Below, piece by piece: positions 1 to 10,214 of a stretch of DNA of 64,000 bases (position 1 is its first letter; the number at the start of each line of letters is the position of its first letter). Below the pieces are notes generated by a model. That model was not told the origin of the DNA and searched no databases. It saw only the letters and a program-made list of their open reading frames with translations. The stretch lies in assembly GCF_054482595.1 (NCBI RefSeq), contig NZ_CM137008.1. One strand, 5' to 3'. The translations under genes were made by a program, and so were the position numbers.

Positions 1-328
1 CACGATGTGATTTCAGCGTCCACGGCAGGTTGCGGGCAAAACCGTGCGCAGGCAGGCCTCGTTGTGCCGCCGGACCAAACCACGGCCAGCAAACCGGTAC
101 GCCACCGCGAATAGCGACGCCATTTTTGAACGGTGTGTTGTTGCTCAACCACAGAACTTCTTCTTCACCCGCAGGTTTCCACGAGAGAAGGTGTGCGCCC
201 TGTAATGCAAAAGAGGCTTTTACCTGGGGATGATCGACCACAATGAGGTCCAGTTCATCCAGTTTACGACGGGAGAGGACAGGGGAGATTTGTTCGATGA
301 CCGGAAGGGCAAAAATTTTCTTAATCAT
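1..328 (-). CDS. yeaD: Glucose-6-phosphate 1-epimerase YeaD, N-terminal part (gene runs off the window start)
   Basis: Reverse-strand translation from ATG at 326-328 gives MIKKIFALPVIEQISPVLSRRKLDELDLIVVDHPQVKASFALQGAHLLSW..., recognised as YeaD; no stop within window so not in the ORF track. Confidence 0.8.
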   Translation of the reverse strand, partial: MIKKIFALPVIEQISPVLSRRKLDELDLIVVDHPQVKASFALQGAHLLSWKPAGEEEVLWLSNNTPFKNGVAIRGGVPVCWPWFGPAAQRGLPAHGFARNLPWTLKSHR

Positions 329-359
329 GACGCAGTCCTTTAACTTCATTTTATCAGGT

Positions 360-390
360 AAAAAAAAGAGCGACCGAAGTCGCTCTTTTT
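360..390 (-). terminator. Rho-independent terminator downstream of gapA (hairpin gagcgac/cgaa/gtcgctc flanked by A-run and T-run, so potentially bidirectional)
   Basis: Perfect 7-bp stem with 4-nt loop, followed by a U-tract on the minus-strand transcript, 22 bp after the gapA stop. Confidence 0.75.
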
Positions 391-411
391 AGATCACAGT
401 GTCATCTCAAC

Positions 412-1419
<1,008 letters not shown>

Positions 1420-1538
1420 CTATTTGTTAGTGAATAAAAGGTTGCCTGTAAAATTACAAAAACCTTACGCAGCGTCAAGCGGAATCGTGTCAATCATTGC
1501 GACAAATCAATCCTGTGCCTAAGCATAACGCGACTGAC

Positions 1539-1568
1539 TCGCCTCACTCTTCCTCGCCTCACTCTTCC
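1539..1568. repeat. Perfect 15-bp tandem direct repeat (tcgcctcactcttcc x2) in the gapA upstream region
   Basis: Two identical adjacent 15-mers read directly from the sequence, about 130-160 bp upstream of the gapA start codon. Confidence 0.8.
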
Positions 1569-1763
1569 TTTGGGCTTGAGACCACATGGGGTCGGCGCCC
1601 CGAATTTTAAAGGGCAATTAAGATAAAAATGTGATTTTCATCACGATTTAGGTGCAGCCATTTCGTCGAGATCAAGTTTAGGACAAAATTTTGCCAGTTG
1701 GTGTTAATGTTTTGTTAGAATCAGTCACGTAATGTGAGCACGATTAAAGTGAGATGTGAGCAA

Positions 1764-2177
1764 ATGGCTAATAAACCTTCGGCAGAAGAACTGAAAAAAA
1801 ATTTGTCCGAGATGCAGTTTTACGTGACGCAGAATCATGGGACAGAGCCGCCATTTACGGGTCGTTTACTGCATAACAAGCGTGACGGCGTATATCACTG
1901 TTTGATCTGCGATGCCCCGCTGTTTCATTCCCAAACCAAGTATGATTCCGGCTGTGGCTGGCCCAGTTTCTACGAACCGGTGAGTGAAGAATCCATTCGT
2001 TATATCAAAGACTTGTCACATGGAATGCAGCGCATAGAAATTCGTTGCGGTAACTGTGATGCCCATCTGGGGCATGTCTTCCCCGACGGGCCGCAGCCAA
2101 CGGGCGAACGTTATTGTGTTAACTCTGCTTCTTTACGCTTCACTGATGGCGAAAACGGCGAAGAAATCAATGGTTGA
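1764..2177 (+). CDS. msrB: Peptide methionine sulfoxide reductase MsrB
   Basis: Translation [21 protein letters not shown]... with two CxxC zinc motifs ([19 protein letters not shown]) and catalytic RYCVNSASL; start taken at MANKP (137 aa). Confidence 0.92.
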
Positions 2178-2218
2178 AAAAACGATTCAGCAACTTATTC
2201 CACAGGAGCGGAAAAATT

Positions 2219-2491
2219 ATGAATCTTGATGACATTATCAACAGCATGACGCCTGAGGTATACCAGCGTTTGTCGACCGCCGTTGAACTGGGGAAATGGC
2301 CTGATGGCGTTGCGTTGACCGAGGAACAAAAAGAGAACTGCCTGCAACTGGTGATGCTGTGGCAAGCCCGCAATAATACCGAAGCACAGCATATGACAAT
2401 TGACACAAATGGTCAGATGGTCATGAAGAGCAAACAACAGTTAAAAGAAGATTTTGGTATCTCAGCAAAGCCTATTGCCATGTTTAAGTAA
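2219..2491 (+). CDS. yeaC: DUF1315-family protein YeaC
   Basis: ORF 2174-2491; start placed at the internal MNLDDIINSMTPEVYQ to give 90 aa, matching recalled YeaC. Confidence 0.8.
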   Translation: MNLDDIINSMTPEVYQRLSTAVELGKWPDGVALTEEQKENCLQLVMLWQARNNTEAQHMTIDTNGQMVMKSKQQLKEDFGISAKPIAMFK

Positions 2492-2750
2492 GTGGTTTGT
2501 CCCCTTTTTGCCGCGGTTATAAAGGGGATAGCCAACAATAACCCCACGACTCATCTCAATTATCTCGTCACGACCAGGCAAAGCCCCAGCCCGGTCTCTT
2601 GCCGTCGCGTTCACGCCTGAATGACTTCTCCTGAACTTAAGTCTCAGACCTATTTGGCCGGTAATCCCTCTCAAATTTGCTCCTTTTGCGTTCAGCCTTC
2701 CATCAACCTGTAACAGAACCAGCCATTTTCTGCGTAATTGTGATCTGAGT

Positions 2751-2782
2751 TGTAAAACGCAGATCATTATCTGTGTTTTACA
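2751..2782. promoter_or_regulatory. 32-bp near-perfect palindrome (tgtaaaacgcagatca / ttatctgtgttttaca) about 80 bp upstream of ydjL; candidate operator
   Basis: 14 of 16 positions are self-complementary; outer 8-bp arms TGTAAAAC/GTTTTACA are perfect. No flanking T-run, so unlikely to be a terminator. Confidence 0.4.
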
Positions 2783-2860
2783 GATTTAATGTTGACCTCA
2801 AAAATCATGTGGGTAAGTATGATGACCATCTAAGCAAAACAAAACACAGAGGATGACGCA

Positions 2861-3937
2861 ATGAAAGCACTGGCTCGGTTTGGCAAAGCCTTTGGCGGCT
2901 ACAAGATGATTGATGTCCCACAACCCATGTGTGGCCCGGAAGATGTAGTGATTGAAATTAAAGCCGCGGCAATCTGCGGCGCAGACATGAAGCACTACAA
3001 TGTCGATAGCGGTTCTGATGAGTTTAACTCTATCCGCGGCCATGAGTTCGCAGGTTGTATTGCGCAGGTTGGTGAAAAAGTCAAAGACTGGAAAGTGGGG
3101 CAACGCGTCGTATCGGATAACAGCGGTCACGTTTGCGGCGTTTGTCCGGCCTGTGAACAAGGTGATTTTCTGTGTTGTACAGAAAAAGTAAACCTTGGTC
3201 TGGATAATAATACCTGGGGCGGTGGTTTTTCCAAATATTGTCTGGTTCCTGGTGAAATTCTCAAAATTCATCGTCATGCGTTGTGGGAAATCCCTGATGG
3301 TGTTGATTATGAGGACGCAGCCGTACTTGACCCTATCTGTAATGCCTACAAATCCATCGCGCAGCAATCGAAATTCCTTCCTGGTCAGGATGTGGTCGTC
3401 ATCGGCACTGGCCCACTCGGGCTGTTCTCCGTACAAATGGCGCGAATTATGGGGGCGGTAAATATCGTCGTCGTTGGTCTGCAAGAAGATGTGGCGGTCC
3501 GCTTCCCGGTTGCAAAAGAACTGGGTGCGACGGCAGTAGTAAATGGTTCTACCGAAGATGTGGTGGCGCGCTGCCAGCAAATTTGTGGCAAAGACAATCT
3601 GGGACTGGTGATTGAATGCTCCGGTGCCAATATCGCACTGAAACAAGCCATCGAAATGCTCCGCCCGAACGGGGAAGTTGTACGCGTTGGAATGGGCTTC
3701 AAACCTCTTGATTTCTCGATTAATGACATTACCGCCTGGAACAAAAGCATCATTGGGCATATGGCCTATGACTCCACCTCATGGCGTAACGCTATCAGGC
3801 TATTAGCCAGCGGCGCTATCAAAGTCAAACCGATGATCACGCATCGTATCGGCCTGTCGCAATGGCGCGAAGGGTTTGATGCGATGGTCGATAAAACCGC
3901 AATCAAAGTGATCATGACTTACGACTTTGATGAATAA
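2861..3937 (+). CDS. ydjL: Zn-dependent medium-chain alcohol/polyol dehydrogenase YdjL
   Basis: 358-aa ORF with GHEFAGCI zinc-ADH motif, Cys-rich structural zinc site (CGVCPACEQGDFLCC) and GTGPLG Rossmann motif. Confidence 0.9.
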   Translation: MKALARFGKAFGGYKMIDVPQPMCGPEDVVIEIKAAAICGADMKHYNVDSGSDEFNSIRGHEFAGCIAQVGEKVKDWKVGQRVVSDNSGHVCGVCPACEQGDFLCCTEKVNLGLDNNTWGGGFSKYCLVPGEILKIHRHALWEIPDGVDYEDAAVLDPICNAYKSIAQQSKFLPGQDVVVIGTGPLGLFSVQMARIMGAVNIVVVGLQEDVAVRFPVAKELGATAVVNGSTEDVVARCQQICGKDNLGLVIECSGANIALKQAIEMLRPNGEVVRVGMGFKPLDFSINDITAWNKSIIGHMAYDSTSWRNAIRLLASGAIKVKPMITHRIGLSQWREGFDAMVDKTAIKVIMTYDFDE

Positions 3938-3963
3938 CCACTCTCCTGAAGGAACGTTATCGC

Positions 3964-5343
3964 ATGGAACAGATAACAAAACCGCATTGTGGTGCACGGC
4001 TGGATCGCTTACCGGATTGCCGCTGGCATTCATCAATGTTTGCCATCGTCGCGTTTGGCTTGCTTGTCTGCTGGAGTAATGCCGTTGGTGGCTTGATCCT
4101 CGCGCAGCTGAAAGCGTTGGGCTGGACAGATAATTCCACCACAGCCACATTCTCAGCAATCACGACCGCCGGAATGTTTCTCGGTGCGCTGGTGGGCGGC
4201 ATCATTGGCGACAAAACCGGTCGCAGAAATGCGTTCATCCTCTATGAGGCCATTCATATTGCCTCGATGGTTGTCGGTGCTTTCTCACCGAATATGGATT
4301 TCCTTATTGCCTGCCGTTTTGTGATGGGAGTTGGGCTGGGAGCTTTACTGGTTACGCTGTTTGCTGGTTTCACCGAATATATGCCCGGTAGAAATCGTGG
4401 AACGTGGTCAAGTCGGGTTTCCTTTATTGGCAACTGGTCATATCCGCTCTGTTCATTGATAGCGATGGGACTCACGCCGCTGATTAGTGCAGAGTGGAAC
4501 TGGCGGGTACAACTGCTTATCCCTGCAATATTGTCGCTTATCGCTACGGCGCTGGCCTGGCGCTACTTTCCTGAATCCCCGCGCTGGCTGGAATCGCGCG
4601 GACGGTATCAGGAAGCCGAGAAAGTCATGCGGAGTATAGAAGAAGGCGTCATACGCCAGACAGGTAAACCTTTGCCGCCCGTGGTTATTGCTGATGACGG
4701 TAAAGCACCACAAGCGGTGCCATATTCAGCCTTACTGACAGGAGTATTACTGAAACGCGTGATATTAGGCTCTTGTGTGCTGATTGCCATGAACGTTGTG
4801 CAGTACACACTAATTAACTGGTTGCCAACGATATTCATGACCCAGGGGATTAATTTAAAAGACTCGATTGTTTTAAATACCATGAGTATGTTTGGCGCGC
4901 CATTTGGCATTTTTATTGCCATGCTGGTGATGGATAAAATTCCGCGTAAAACAATGGGTGTGGGGCTATTAATCCTGATTGCGGTGCTCGGATATATCTA
5001 TTCACTGCAAACCAGCATGTTGCTCATAACGTTGATTGGTTTCTTCCTGATTACTTTCGTCTATATGTACGTTTGCTATGCCTCGGCAGTGTATGTCCCT
5101 GAGATCTGGCCGACAGAGGCCAAACTCCGTGGCTCCGGTCTGGCGAATGCGGTAGGGCGAATCAGTGGTATTGCCGCACCTTATGCCGTTGCAGTGCTGC
5201 TCAGTAGTTATGGCGTTACGGGAGTCTTTATTCTTCTGGGGGCGGTTTCAATTATTGTCGCAATTGCTATCGCCACCATTGGAATCGAAACCAAAGGTGT
5301 CTCCGTTGAAAGTTTAAGTATTGATGCAGTAGCCAATAAATAA
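3964..5343 (+). CDS. ydjK: MFS-family transporter YdjK (sugar-porter-like)
   Basis: 459-aa hydrophobic ORF with MFS signature GDKTGRRNA after TM2 and a repeated 6+6 TM layout; starts 27 bp after ydjL. Confidence 0.88.
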   Translation: MEQITKPHCGARLDRLPDCRWHSSMFAIVAFGLLVCWSNAVGGLILAQLKALGWTDNSTTATFSAITTAGMFLGALVGGIIGDKTGRRNAFILYEAIHIASMVVGAFSPNMDFLIACRFVMGVGLGALLVTLFAGFTEYMPGRNRGTWSSRVSFIGNWSYPLCSLIAMGLTPLISAEWNWRVQLLIPAILSLIATALAWRYFPESPRWLESRGRYQEAEKVMRSIEEGVIRQTGKPLPPVVIADDGKAPQAVPYSALLTGVLLKRVILGSCVLIAMNVVQYTLINWLPTIFMTQGINLKDSIVLNTMSMFGAPFGIFIAMLVMDKIPRKTMGVGLLILIAVLGYIYSLQTSMLLITLIGFFLITFVYMYVCYASAVYVPEIWPTEAKLRGSGLANAVGRISGIAAPYAVAVLLSSYGVTGVFILLGAVSIIVAIAIATIGIETKGVSVESLSIDAVANK

Positions 5344-5359
5344 TACGGGTGGATTCAAA

Positions 5360-6403
5360 ATGAAAAATTCAAAAGCAATATTGCAGGTGCCGGGCACAAT
5401 GAAAATTATTTCAGCAGAAATACCAGTGCCTAAAGAAGATGAAGTTTTGATTAAAGTAGAATATGTCGGTATTTGTGGTTCAGATGTACATGGTTTTGAA
5501 TCAGGTCCGTTTATTCCGCCTAAAGACCCAAATCAAGAAATTGGCCTGGGTCATGAATGCGCCGGGACGGTTGTGGCTGTGGGAAGCCGCGTGCGCAAAT
5601 TTAAACCGGGGGATCGGGTAAATATCGAACCTGGCGTTCCTTGCGGTCACTGTCGTTACTGTCTGGAAGGCAAATATAACATCTGCCCGGACGTTGATTT
5701 TATGGCGACACAACCCAACTACCGCGGCGCATTAACGCACTATCTGTGTCATCCGGAGAGCTTTACTTACAAACTGCCCGACAATATGGACACGATGGAA
5801 GGGGCGCTGGTGGAGCCTGCCGCAGTCGGGATGCATGCCGCGATGCTGGCAGATGTTAAACCGGGTAAGAAGATAATTATTCTGGGAGCGGGTTGTATTG
5901 GTTTGATGACGTTGCAAGCGTGCAAATGCCTGGGAGCAACGGAAATTGCCGTCGTTGATGTGCTGGAAAAACGTCTGACAATGGCGGAACAGCTTGGTGC
6001 GACAGTGGTTATTAACGGCGCAAAAGAAGACACTATTGCACGCTGTCAGCAATTTACCGAAGACATGGGCGCAGATATTGTTTTCGAAACAGCGGGTTCT
6101 GCGGTCACCGTTAAACAGGCACCTTATCTGGTAATGCGCGGCGGTAAAATTATGATTGTTGGTACTGTACCCGGCGATTCGGCAATCAATTTCCTCAAAA
6201 TCAATCGCGAAGTCACTATCCAGACGGTATTCCGCTATGCCAATCGTTATCCGGTCACGATTGAAGCTATTTCTTCAGGGCGATTCGATGTGAAATCGAT
6301 GGTGACACATATTTACGATTACCGTGATGTACAACAGGCATTTGAAGAGTCGGTTAACAACAAACGCGACATTATTAAAGGCGTTATTAAGATTAGCGAT
6401 TAA
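5360..6403 (+). CDS. ydjJ: Zn-dependent alcohol/polyol dehydrogenase YdjJ
   Basis: 347-aa ORF; GHECAGTV zinc-ADH motif, CGHCRYCLEGKYNIC structural zinc site, GAGCIG Rossmann motif. Confidence 0.9.
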   Translation: MKNSKAILQVPGTMKIISAEIPVPKEDEVLIKVEYVGICGSDVHGFESGPFIPPKDPNQEIGLGHECAGTVVAVGSRVRKFKPGDRVNIEPGVPCGHCRYCLEGKYNICPDVDFMATQPNYRGALTHYLCHPESFTYKLPDNMDTMEGALVEPAAVGMHAAMLADVKPGKKIIILGAGCIGLMTLQACKCLGATEIAVVDVLEKRLTMAEQLGATVVINGAKEDTIARCQQFTEDMGADIVFETAGSAVTVKQAPYLVMRGGKIMIVGTVPGDSAINFLKINREVTIQTVFRYANRYPVTIEAISSGRFDVKSMVTHIYDYRDVQQAFEESVNNKRDIIKGVIKISD

Positions 6404-6423
6404 TTAATACGGGAGAACAGAAC

Positions 6424-7260
6424 ATGCTCGCAGATATCAGATATTGGGAAAACGATGCCACAAATAAACGTTATGCTATTGCCCATTTTAATGTATGGAA
6501 TGCAGAAATGTTGATGGGCGTTATCGACGCAGCCGAAGAAGCGAAATCACCGGTTATTATTTCTTTTGGCACAGGTTTTGTCGGCAACACCTCATTTGAA
6601 GATTTCTCTCACATGATGGTATCAATGGCACAAAAAGCAACGGTGCCGGTAATAACTCATTGGGATCATGGTCGGAGTATGGAGATTATTCATAACGCCT
6701 GGGCTCATGGTATGAATTCATTAATGCGTGATGCTTCCGCATTTGATTTCGAAGAAAATATTCGCTTAACCAAAGAGGCTGTCGATTTCTTCCATCCGCT
6801 GGGTATTCCGGTAGAGGCGGAATTAGGGCATGTCGGTAATGAAACCGTTTATGAGGAAGCGCTGGCGGGCTATCACTATACCGATCCTGACCAGGCGGCT
6901 GAATTTGTTGAACGTACGGGCTGTGACTCATTGGCTGTCGCCATCGGCAACCAGCATGGGGTTTATACGTCAGAGCCACAATTGAACTTTGAGGTCGTCA
7001 AACGCGTACGCGATGCCGTGTCTGTTCCGCTGGTTTTGCATGGCGCATCGGGGATCAGTGATGCCGACATTAAAACTGCAATTTCGTTGGGTATCGCGAA
7101 AATCAACATCCATACGGAGCTCTGTCAGGCCGCAATGGTCGCAGTGAAAGAAAACCAGGATCAGCCTTTCCTGCATTTAGAACGTGAAGTACGTAAAGCT
7201 GTAAAAGAACGGGCATTGGAAAAAATTAAACTGTTCGGTTCTGATGGCAAAGCGGAATAA
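6424..7260 (+). CDS. ydjI: Class II ketose-bisphosphate aldolase family protein YdjI
   Basis: 278-aa ORF recognised as a GatY/KbaY/FbaA-like class II aldolase (HxDH and His-rich metal site). Confidence 0.88.
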   Translation: MLADIRYWENDATNKRYAIAHFNVWNAEMLMGVIDAAEEAKSPVIISFGTGFVGNTSFEDFSHMMVSMAQKATVPVITHWDHGRSMEIIHNAWAHGMNSLMRDASAFDFEENIRLTKEAVDFFHPLGIPVEAELGHVGNETVYEEALAGYHYTDPDQAAEFVERTGCDSLAVAIGNQHGVYTSEPQLNFEVVKRVRDAVSVPLVLHGASGISDADIKTAISLGIAKINIHTELCQAAMVAVKENQDQPFLHLEREVRKAVKERALEKIKLFGSDGKAE

Positions 7261-7264
7261 TGAT

Positions 7265-8212
7265 ATGGATAATCTCGACGTTATTTGTATAGGTGCCGCT
7301 ATTGTTGATATTCCATTGCAACCGGTCAGTAAAAATATCTTTGATGTGGATTCTTATCCTCTTGAAAGAATCGCAATGACCACCGGGGGTGATGCAATAA
7401 ATGAAGCAACAATTATTTCTCGTCTGGGCCATCGTACAGCATTAATGAGGCGTGTTGGTAAAGATGCCGCAGGACAATTTATTCTCGACCATTGCCGCAA
7501 AGAGAATATTGATATTCAAAGCCTGAAACAGGACGTCAGCATAGATACCTCTATTAATGTTGGACTGGTGACGGAGGATGGCGAGCGGACGTTTGTCACA
7601 AACCGTAACGGCAGTCTGTGGAAATTGAATATTGACGATGTTGATTTTGCTCGGTTTTCCCAGGCAAAATTATTATCACTGGCCAGTATTTTCAACAGTC
7701 CACTATTGGATGGTAAAGCGCTAACAGAAATTTTTACGCAAGCTAAAGCCCGGCAGATGATTATCTGTGCCGATATGATCAAACCGCGGTTGAATGAAAC
7801 GCTGGATGATATTTGCGAAGCATTGAGTTATGTCGATTATCTGTTTCCTAATTATGCCGAGGCAAAATTACTCACCGGGAAAGAGACACTGGATGAAATT
7901 GCTGACTGCTTTCTTGCGTGCGGCGTAAAAACGGTGGTGATTAAAACGGGTAAAGACGGCTGCTTTATCAAGCGTGGTGACATGACGATGAAGGTGCCGG
8001 CGGTCGCAGGAATAACCGCCATCGACACCATTGGCGCGGGCGATAACTTTGCTTCAGGTTTTATTGCGGCACTGTTAGAAGGCAAAAATCTGCGTGAATG
8101 CGCACGCTTTGCCAATGCAACGGCGGCTATCTCGGTTCTAAGCGTCGGTGCCACCACCGGCGTAAAAAACAGAAAGCTGGTCGAACAATTGCTGGAAGAA
8201 TACGAAGGATAA
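7265..8212 (+). CDS. ydjH: PfkB-family carbohydrate kinase YdjH
   Basis: ORF 7244-8212; start placed at MDNLDVICIGAAIVD (315 aa); C-terminal GAGDNFASGF ribokinase/PfkB motif. Confidence 0.88.
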   Translation: MDNLDVICIGAAIVDIPLQPVSKNIFDVDSYPLERIAMTTGGDAINEATIISRLGHRTALMRRVGKDAAGQFILDHCRKENIDIQSLKQDVSIDTSINVGLVTEDGERTFVTNRNGSLWKLNIDDVDFARFSQAKLLSLASIFNSPLLDGKALTEIFTQAKARQMIICADMIKPRLNETLDDICEALSYVDYLFPNYAEAKLLTGKETLDEIADCFLACGVKTVVIKTGKDGCFIKRGDMTMKVPAVAGITAIDTIGAGDNFASGFIAALLEGKNLRECARFANATAAISVLSVGATTGVKNRKLVEQLLEEYEG

Positions 8213-8221
8213 TGAAGGCAA

Positions 8222-9202
8222 ATGAAAAAGATACCTTTAGGCACAACGGATATTACGCTTTCGCGAATGGGGTTGGGGACATGGGCCATTGGCGGCGGTC
8301 CTGCATGGAATGGCGATCTCGATCGGCAAATATGTATTGATACGATTCTTGAAGCCCATCGTTGCGGCATTAATCTGATTGATACTGCACCAGGATATAA
8401 TTTTGGCAATAGTGAAGTTATCGTCGGTCAGGCGTTAAAAAAACTGCCCCGTGAACAGGTTGTAGTAGAAACCAAATGCGGCATTGTCTGGGAACGAAAA
8501 GGAAGTTTATTCAACAAAGTTGGCGATCGGCAGTTGTATAAAAACCTTTCCCCGGAATCTATCCGCGAAGAGGTAGAAGCCAGCTTGCAACGTCTGGGTA
8601 TTGATTACATCGATATCTACATGACGCACTGGCAGTCGGTGCCGCCATTTTATACGCCGATCGCTGAAACTGTCGCAGTGCTTAATGAGTTAAAGGCTGA
8701 AGGGAAAATTCGCGCTATAGGCGCTGCTAACGTCGATGCCGACCATATCCGCGAGTATCTGCAATATGGTGAACTGGATATTATTCAGGCGAAATACAGT
8801 ATCCTCGACCGGGCAATGGAAAACGAACTGCTGCCGCTATGTCGTGATAATGGCATTGTGGTTCAGGTTTATTCCCCGCTAGAGCAGGGATTGTTGACCG
8901 GCACCATCACTCGTGATTACGTTCCGGGCGGCGCTCGGGCAAATAAAGTCTGGTTCCAGCGTGAAAACATGCTGAAAGTGATTGATATGCTTGAACAGTG
9001 GCAGCCACTTTGTGCTCGATATCAGTGCACAATTCCCACTCTGGCACTGGCGTGGATATTAAAACAGAGTGATTTAATCTCCATTCTTAGTGGGGCTACT
9101 GCACCGGAACAGGTACGCGAAAATGTCGCAGCACTGAATATCAACTTATCGGATGCAGACGCAACATTGATGAGGGAAATGGCAGAGGCCCTGGAGCGTT
9201 AA
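8222..9202 (+). CDS. ydjG: Aldo-keto reductase YdjG
   Basis: 326-aa ORF with AKR fold hallmarks (IDTAPGY, catalytic tetrad context); starts 10 bp after ydjH. Confidence 0.88.
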   Translation: MKKIPLGTTDITLSRMGLGTWAIGGGPAWNGDLDRQICIDTILEAHRCGINLIDTAPGYNFGNSEVIVGQALKKLPREQVVVETKCGIVWERKGSLFNKVGDRQLYKNLSPESIREEVEASLQRLGIDYIDIYMTHWQSVPPFYTPIAETVAVLNELKAEGKIRAIGAANVDADHIREYLQYGELDIIQAKYSILDRAMENELLPLCRDNGIVVQVYSPLEQGLLTGTITRDYVPGGARANKVWFQRENMLKVIDMLEQWQPLCARYQCTIPTLALAWILKQSDLISILSGATAPEQVRENVAALNINLSDADATLMREMAEALER

Positions 9203-9228
9203 ATACTCAACACGATTCACCTCTGTTT

Positions 9229-9256
9229 CTGTGAAAACTGTGATGAAAATCTGTGA
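9229..9256. promoter_or_regulatory. Three direct CTGTGA repeats (starts 9229, 9238, 9251) upstream of ydjF; candidate operator or CRP half-sites
   Basis: Read directly: ctgtgaaaa / ctgtgatgaaaat / ctgtgattcaaa, between the ydjG stop and the ydjF GTG start. Confidence 0.3.
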
Positions 9257-9338
9257 TTCAAACAGGTTATTTTGAAAGTAAACATCGGTTATGCGATAAT
9301 CGCGCTAATGTGATGTAAAAAGATACAGGGGTGTAATC

Positions 9339-10097
9339 GTGGCGGCAAAAGACAGGATTCAGGCAATTAAGCAAATGGTTGCCAACGATAAAAAGGTGAC
9401 AGTCTCAAATTTGAGTGGGATTTTTCAGGTAACCGAAGAAACCATTCGCCGCGATCTTGAGAAGCTGGAAGATGAAGGCTTTTTGACCAGAACCTATGGT
9501 GGTGCTGTTTTAAATACAGCGATGTTGACGGAGAATATCCATTTTTATAAGCGCGCTTCATCGTTTTATGAAGAGAAGCAGCTTATTGCACGCAAGGCAC
9601 TACCCTTTATCGACAATAAAACCACCATGGCAGCCGATTCCAGTAGTACCGTAATGGAATTGCTCAAATTGTTACAGGACCGTAGTGACCTGACGTTGCT
9701 AACCAACTCGGCGGAAGCGATTCATGTTCTGGCTCAGTCAGAAATTAAAGTCGTTTCAACGGGTGGGGAACTAAACAAAAATACACTTTCACTGCAAGGA
9801 AGAATTACTAAAGAGATCATCAGCCGCTACCATGTCGATATCATGGTAATGAGTTGTAAAGGTCTTGATATTAACAGCGGCGCGCTGGACTCTAATGAAG
9901 CGGAAGCTGAAATCAAAAAGACAATGATCCGTCAGGCGACAGAAGTTGCGTTATTGGTTGATCACTCTAAGTTTGATCGCAAAGCTTTTGTCCAGTTAGC
10001 TGACTTTAGTCATATTAATTACATAATAACTGATAAATCACCGGGTGCAGAGTGGATAGCATTTTGCAAAGACAATAATATCCAGCTGGTGTGGTAA
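9339..10097 (+). CDS. ydjF: DeoR-family transcriptional regulator YdjF (GTG start)
   Basis: 252-aa ORF; N-terminal HTH (TVSNLSGIFQVTEETIRRDLEKLE) and DeoR C-terminal sugar-phosphate-binding domain; initiation codon is GTG. Confidence 0.88.
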   Translation: MAAKDRIQAIKQMVANDKKVTVSNLSGIFQVTEETIRRDLEKLEDEGFLTRTYGGAVLNTAMLTENIHFYKRASSFYEEKQLIARKALPFIDNKTTMAADSSSTVMELLKLLQDRSDLTLLTNSAEAIHVLAQSEIKVVSTGGELNKNTLSLQGRITKEIISRYHVDIMVMSCKGLDINSGALDSNEAEAEIKKTMIRQATEVALLVDHSKFDRKAFVQLADFSHINYIITDKSPGAEWIAFCKDNNIQLVW

Positions 10098-10214
10098 TTT
10101 AAGCACACGTTGTCAATATTATTTGTTCCTGCGCCTGGAAATAAAATGATGATAAAGATGCGGCAAGTGAATTTGCCGCAATTGCTACCTTTTTTAGCAA
10201 ATCCGAGGCACCCA

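Noticed and set aside
2798-3760. 320-aa ORF on the minus strand
   Set aside because: Antisense to ydjL, whose frame carries the zinc-ADH motifs; no recognisable motifs or ribosome-binding site in the antisense frame.
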